This document shows, one piece after another, positions 55,192 through 57,936 of a stretch of DNA of 57,936 nt (positions are counted from its first letter, which is position 1; the number at the start of each line of letters is the position of its first letter). Under the pieces are notes generated by a model. It saw only the letters and a list, made by a program, of their open reading frames with translations, had not been told where the DNA came from and did no database searches. The stretch lies in the NCBI GenBank assembly GCA_903845045.1, contig CAIMWA010000277.1, forward strand, positions 1 to 57,936, written 5' to 3'. Both the position numbers and the translations under genes were made by a program. Source of the DNA: an uncultured delta proteobacterium (lineage in GTDB: Bacteria; Myxococcota_A; Polyangia; Polyangiales; Ga0077539).

Positions 55192-55670
55192 TGAGGCTGT
55201 GGTTGTATCTTTGACCACATACCACTGGATATTGTGTACGAGGTAAGAGCGTTCTCGGGCAGTAATCTAAGCATTTAACGCTGGTTTTACTGCCTTAGCC
55301 ACAACCGGCCCAGAAGACCTACGTGTCCAAGTATATCAGATTTTCTTTCGGATACATCAGAACACGTTGTTCACAGGCGGGTTCGGCTAATACACCGCAG
55401 TTTCTGCCGACGGCTGACACTTGCACCAAGGGGCGCATAAGGCAAAACCCGGTTTTATACTTGGCGGTCCAGCAGGTGGAGCGCGCTTAGGCCACGTTCC
55501 GACCCCACCCGCAGCCGTGTATCTCGAAAAATCAAAAATATGTAACAGTATCTGCGGCATGCGTTTCACGCCGCCCCTGCTATGACGTTTACGCATACGT
55601 ATTCCTGTTTACAGTCTCGTGAAATTTTGTATACCTTCGTTTTCACCAAAACCGAGCGAAAGTTCACCAA

Positions 55671-56012
55671 ATGGCCCACACATACGTTGACGGAAAGTGT
55701 CGTTGGTGCAGCGTTCACCGCGACGACGTGGCCCGTGGCAAAGCAACGCCGTGGTGCCATCGAGGCGGTTCCCGCGCTTTGGCCGCGATCCGCCCCGCCG
55801 AGAAGCCCGCTTGTGACCCGTGCTTCCTGGAAGGCGCCTGCGGCAATGACGCCCAGCCCTGCGTCGACACCTTCGCAAAGGTCACTGCGGCTCTTGCGAC
55901 GAAGGCCCACCTCTGCCCGTCGCCTGTGCCGGCCTGCGGGGCCGACGTTTCCGAAGCCAGCGAGCCCAGCTTCAAAGTCCTGTGCCGGGCGTGCGTAGGA
56001 GACGCCCCATGA
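55671..56012 (+). CDS. Cys-rich (zinc-binding) hypothetical protein
   Basis: CRWC, CDPC, C....C, CRAC. Confidence 0.5.
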   Translation: MAHTYVDGKCRWCSVHRDDVARGKATPWCHRGGSRALAAIRPAEKPACDPCFLEGACGNDAQPCVDTFAKVTAALATKAHLCPSPVPACGADVSEASEPSFKVLCRACVGDAP

Positions 56013-56230
56013 CCGCCCGCTCCACCCCCGAGCACCCTGCGTTCGGCCCGCTGTTCCGCGAAGTCGACAGGCAAGGTATGGGGCGCAAAGAACTGGCCTA
56101 TCGGTCAGGGCTCAACCTGAGCACCCTGTCAAGATGGAGGGAGAACGCTACAGAGCCGCGCTATAGCAATCTCGCGGCTGCCTGGGGGGCTCTCGGGTAC
56201 GATCTGCTGCCCGTCAGGAGGAAACTATGA
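56009..56230 (+). CDS. XRE/Cro-type HTH regulator
   Basis: AGGAG RBS; KELAYRSGLNLSTLSRWR....PRYSNL...ALG. Confidence 0.85.
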   Translation: MTARSTPEHPAFGPLFREVDRQGMGRKELAYRSGLNLSTLSRWRENATEPRYSNLAAAWGALGYDLLPVRRKL

Positions 56231-56364
56231 TCGAACCCTCAATCTGGCTGTGCCTCGTCGTTCTCGTCGTTCTCGTCGTTCTCGTCGGAGCGCTTGGAGT
56301 AGCCCTCGACGCTCTGACTTACGGAGAGCTTCCCCACGGAGATGACCCCGAGGACGAAGGATGA
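56227..56364 (+). CDS. small membrane peptide with LVV repeats
   Basis: AGGAGG RBS; MIEPSIWLCLVVLVVLVVLVGALG; CTCGTCGTT x3. Confidence 0.55.
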   Translation: MIEPSIWLCLVVLVVLVVLVGALGVALDALTYGELPHGDDPEDEG

Positions 56365-56669
56365 AACACGAAGACGTTCTTGACCGGTTAAACCCCGGAA
56401 CCCGGGGCGCGACTGTGGAACTGGTCGACGAGTACGGACGGCACCACGCCTCTGTCACTGAGACCAACGTTGGCGTTCTTGTCTCACTACCGCCCTGCCC
56501 CGGACGGTTGACGACACGCCGATATCTGGCGGTCGACGATTGCAAGTCGTTCGACGGCTGGCGGGTCAGTGTTTTACGGAACGGATCGCCGCACAACGCT
56601 TGTGTTCTGCGCATTGGCCCGGCACGCAAGGCCGTGCTTCACGCTATTAAGGGAGCGCTCTATGCCTGA
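56361..56669 (+). CDS. hypothetical protein
   Basis: ATGA coupling. Confidence 0.55.
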   Translation: MKHEDVLDRLNPGTRGATVELVDEYGRHHASVTETNVGVLVSLPPCPGRLTTRRYLAVDDCKSFDGWRVSVLRNGSPHNACVLRIGPARKAVLHAIKGALYA

Positions 56670-56918
56670 CGTTATTGCCATGCACCAGTGGTTTACCTGC
56701 GGTTCCGCCGGCCGCTGGACCGTCCGCAATAAGACGCATCAGGTGTGTGGGACGTTTTCGCCCCACAACGCCGCTGAACTCGCCGACCGCCTGAACCGTG
56801 GAGAAAAATGCACACTGTCGATAATTTCTCTTGACCGACGCCGCGTGGTTTCGCTAAGCACCTGTGTACCGACCACGCAGGTCAAGGCCCTCGCCGATCT
56901 TATCTCCGGAGTACTCTT

Positions 56919-57353
56919 ATGAGCCATACCCCGCACATTCGTATTGCGACGACGCCGCTTCCGATCCCCGAACGCAAGCGCGGTGGCGCCATTCGCGCCG
57001 CGGCCCCGATCGCATACCCGTTCGCCTCTCTCACTGTCGGCGGCGCTCCGTGCTTGGTCACTTTCGATCCGAGCACGCCTGATCTTGCCAAGGTCCTCAA
57101 GGCCGAGAGCACCAAGGTGTTCAATCAGGTCCGGCGTTTCATCAGCGCGCACCCCCATTTCGAATTCACCGTGCGCACCGTCGAAGTCGGTGAAGGCCCC
57201 GCCCACCAGATTGGCATCTGGCGCATCCCCGCCGACCCGATCGCCCGCGCCGAGGCCAAGGCCCGCCGCGCCGTCGCCCGGAGCACTCCCGAGGCCATCG
57301 CCAAGCGCGCAGCCAAGCGTGCGGCGAAAGCCTCTCTGAACGCTGCCGCCTGA
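56919..57353 (+). CDS. hypothetical basic protein
   Basis: GGAG RBS, strong codon bias, IGIWRI. Confidence 0.7.
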   Translation: MSHTPHIRIATTPLPIPERKRGGAIRAAAPIAYPFASLTVGGAPCLVTFDPSTPDLAKVLKAESTKVFNQVRRFISAHPHFEFTVRTVEVGEGPAHQIGIWRIPADPIARAEAKARRAVARSTPEAIAKRAAKRAAKASLNAAA

Positions 57354-57374
57354 CACTTCTCAAGCTGGCGCGAC

Positions 57375-57418
57375 ACCCCTGGAGGGCGGTCCCCCACCGC
57401 TGCCCTCCAGGGGTTTTT
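57375..57418 (+). terminator. Intrinsic terminator
   Basis: ACCCCTGGAGGGC/GCCCTCCAGGGGT stem followed by TTTT. Confidence 0.75.
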
Positions 57419-57491
57419 ACCGGGAAATGGTGTGAGAAAGTTAACAGAAGTTCGGGCTCGCCTAACAGCACCGGGGAAAGAGGACACGGTC

Positions 57492-57936
57492 ATGACCAGC
57501 GCGCTTGATGCTATCCGACATCTGTTCCCGTGCAGCGACGCGGCGGCGTGGCTCGCACGCCAGCCCGACGCCGAGACCGCATGGAACGCTTGCGATCGCG
57601 GGGATTGGCTTCTGTGGGCCGCCGCGCGGCTTGGCGTGCCCCGCCCCGTCCTTGCGCTGGCCGCGTGTGATTGCGCCCGCTCTGCGCTTCGCTATGTGCC
57701 CGTTGGGGAAGCGAGGCCGCTGGCTGCGGTCGAGGCGGCTGAGGCGTGGGCGCGGGAGCCGACGGAGGCGAACCGCGCCGCCGCCGCCGACGCCGCCACA
57801 TACGCCGCCGACGCCGCCACCTCCGCCGCCGCAGACGCCGTCGCCGACGCCCCATCCGCCGCTGCCGCCGCCGCTGCCGCCTACGCCGCCGCCGCCGCCG
57901 CCGCCGCCGCCGCTGCCGCCTACGCCGCCGACGCCG
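57492..57936 (+). CDS. Ala-rich repeat phage protein (Imm5-like N-terminus), 5' part; continues across the window end
   Basis: ATG at 57492 after GGAAAGAGG; reads MTSALDAIRHLFPCSDAAAWLARQ...GDWLLWAAARLG...LAACDCAR...EAWAREPTEANRAAAADAATYAADAA with no stop before the window end; absent from ORF track because truncated. Confidence 0.75.
   Translation, partial: MTSALDAIRHLFPCSDAAAWLARQPDAETAWNACDRGDWLLWAAARLGVPRPVLALAACDCARSALRYVPVGEARPLAAVEAAEAWAREPTEANRAAAADAATYAADAATSAAADAVADAPSAAAAAAAAYAAAAAAAAAAAAYAADA

Noticed and set aside
1-57936. tRNA, rRNA, integrase, reverse transcriptase/DGR, small terminase
   Set aside because: None recognised by eye; tRNAscan and HMM searches are needed to exclude them. 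TerS may be among the hypotheticals at 44160-45316.

Overview
The window looks like a near-complete, circularly permuted genome of a GC-rich tailed dsDNA phage with podovirus-type gene content. An alphaproteobacterial host is inferred from GC level and accessory genes, not proven. One Ala-rich gene is broken across the two window ends. Layout: (i) + strand DNA metabolism block (~170-16230) with dCMP deaminase, RuvC-like resolvase, dATP/dGTP diphosphohydrolase-like protein, SNF2 helicase, DUF2800 nuclease, DUF2815 SSB, a family A DNA polymerase split into two genes each carrying an intein, a C5 DNA methyltransferase and a primase-helicase; (ii) - strand virion and lysis block (~16250-48230) with holin, GH108 endolysin, tailspike, ejection proteins, nozzle and adaptors, capsid, scaffold, portal and terminase, plus a Cache sensor, a TPR-glycosyltransferase and a SAM methyltransferase; (iii) a repeat-rich divergent non-coding region, a lower-GC run of small early-type genes and a multi-AP2 protein. 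The most striking signal is dual coding. The second polymerase intein has no in-frame endonuclease but hides a complete HNH endonuclease gene in its +1 frame, with its own perfect Shine-Dalgarno. The neighbouring methyltransferase likewise encodes a second subunit in an overlapping frame. All calls come from motif recognition by eye; no database searches were run.
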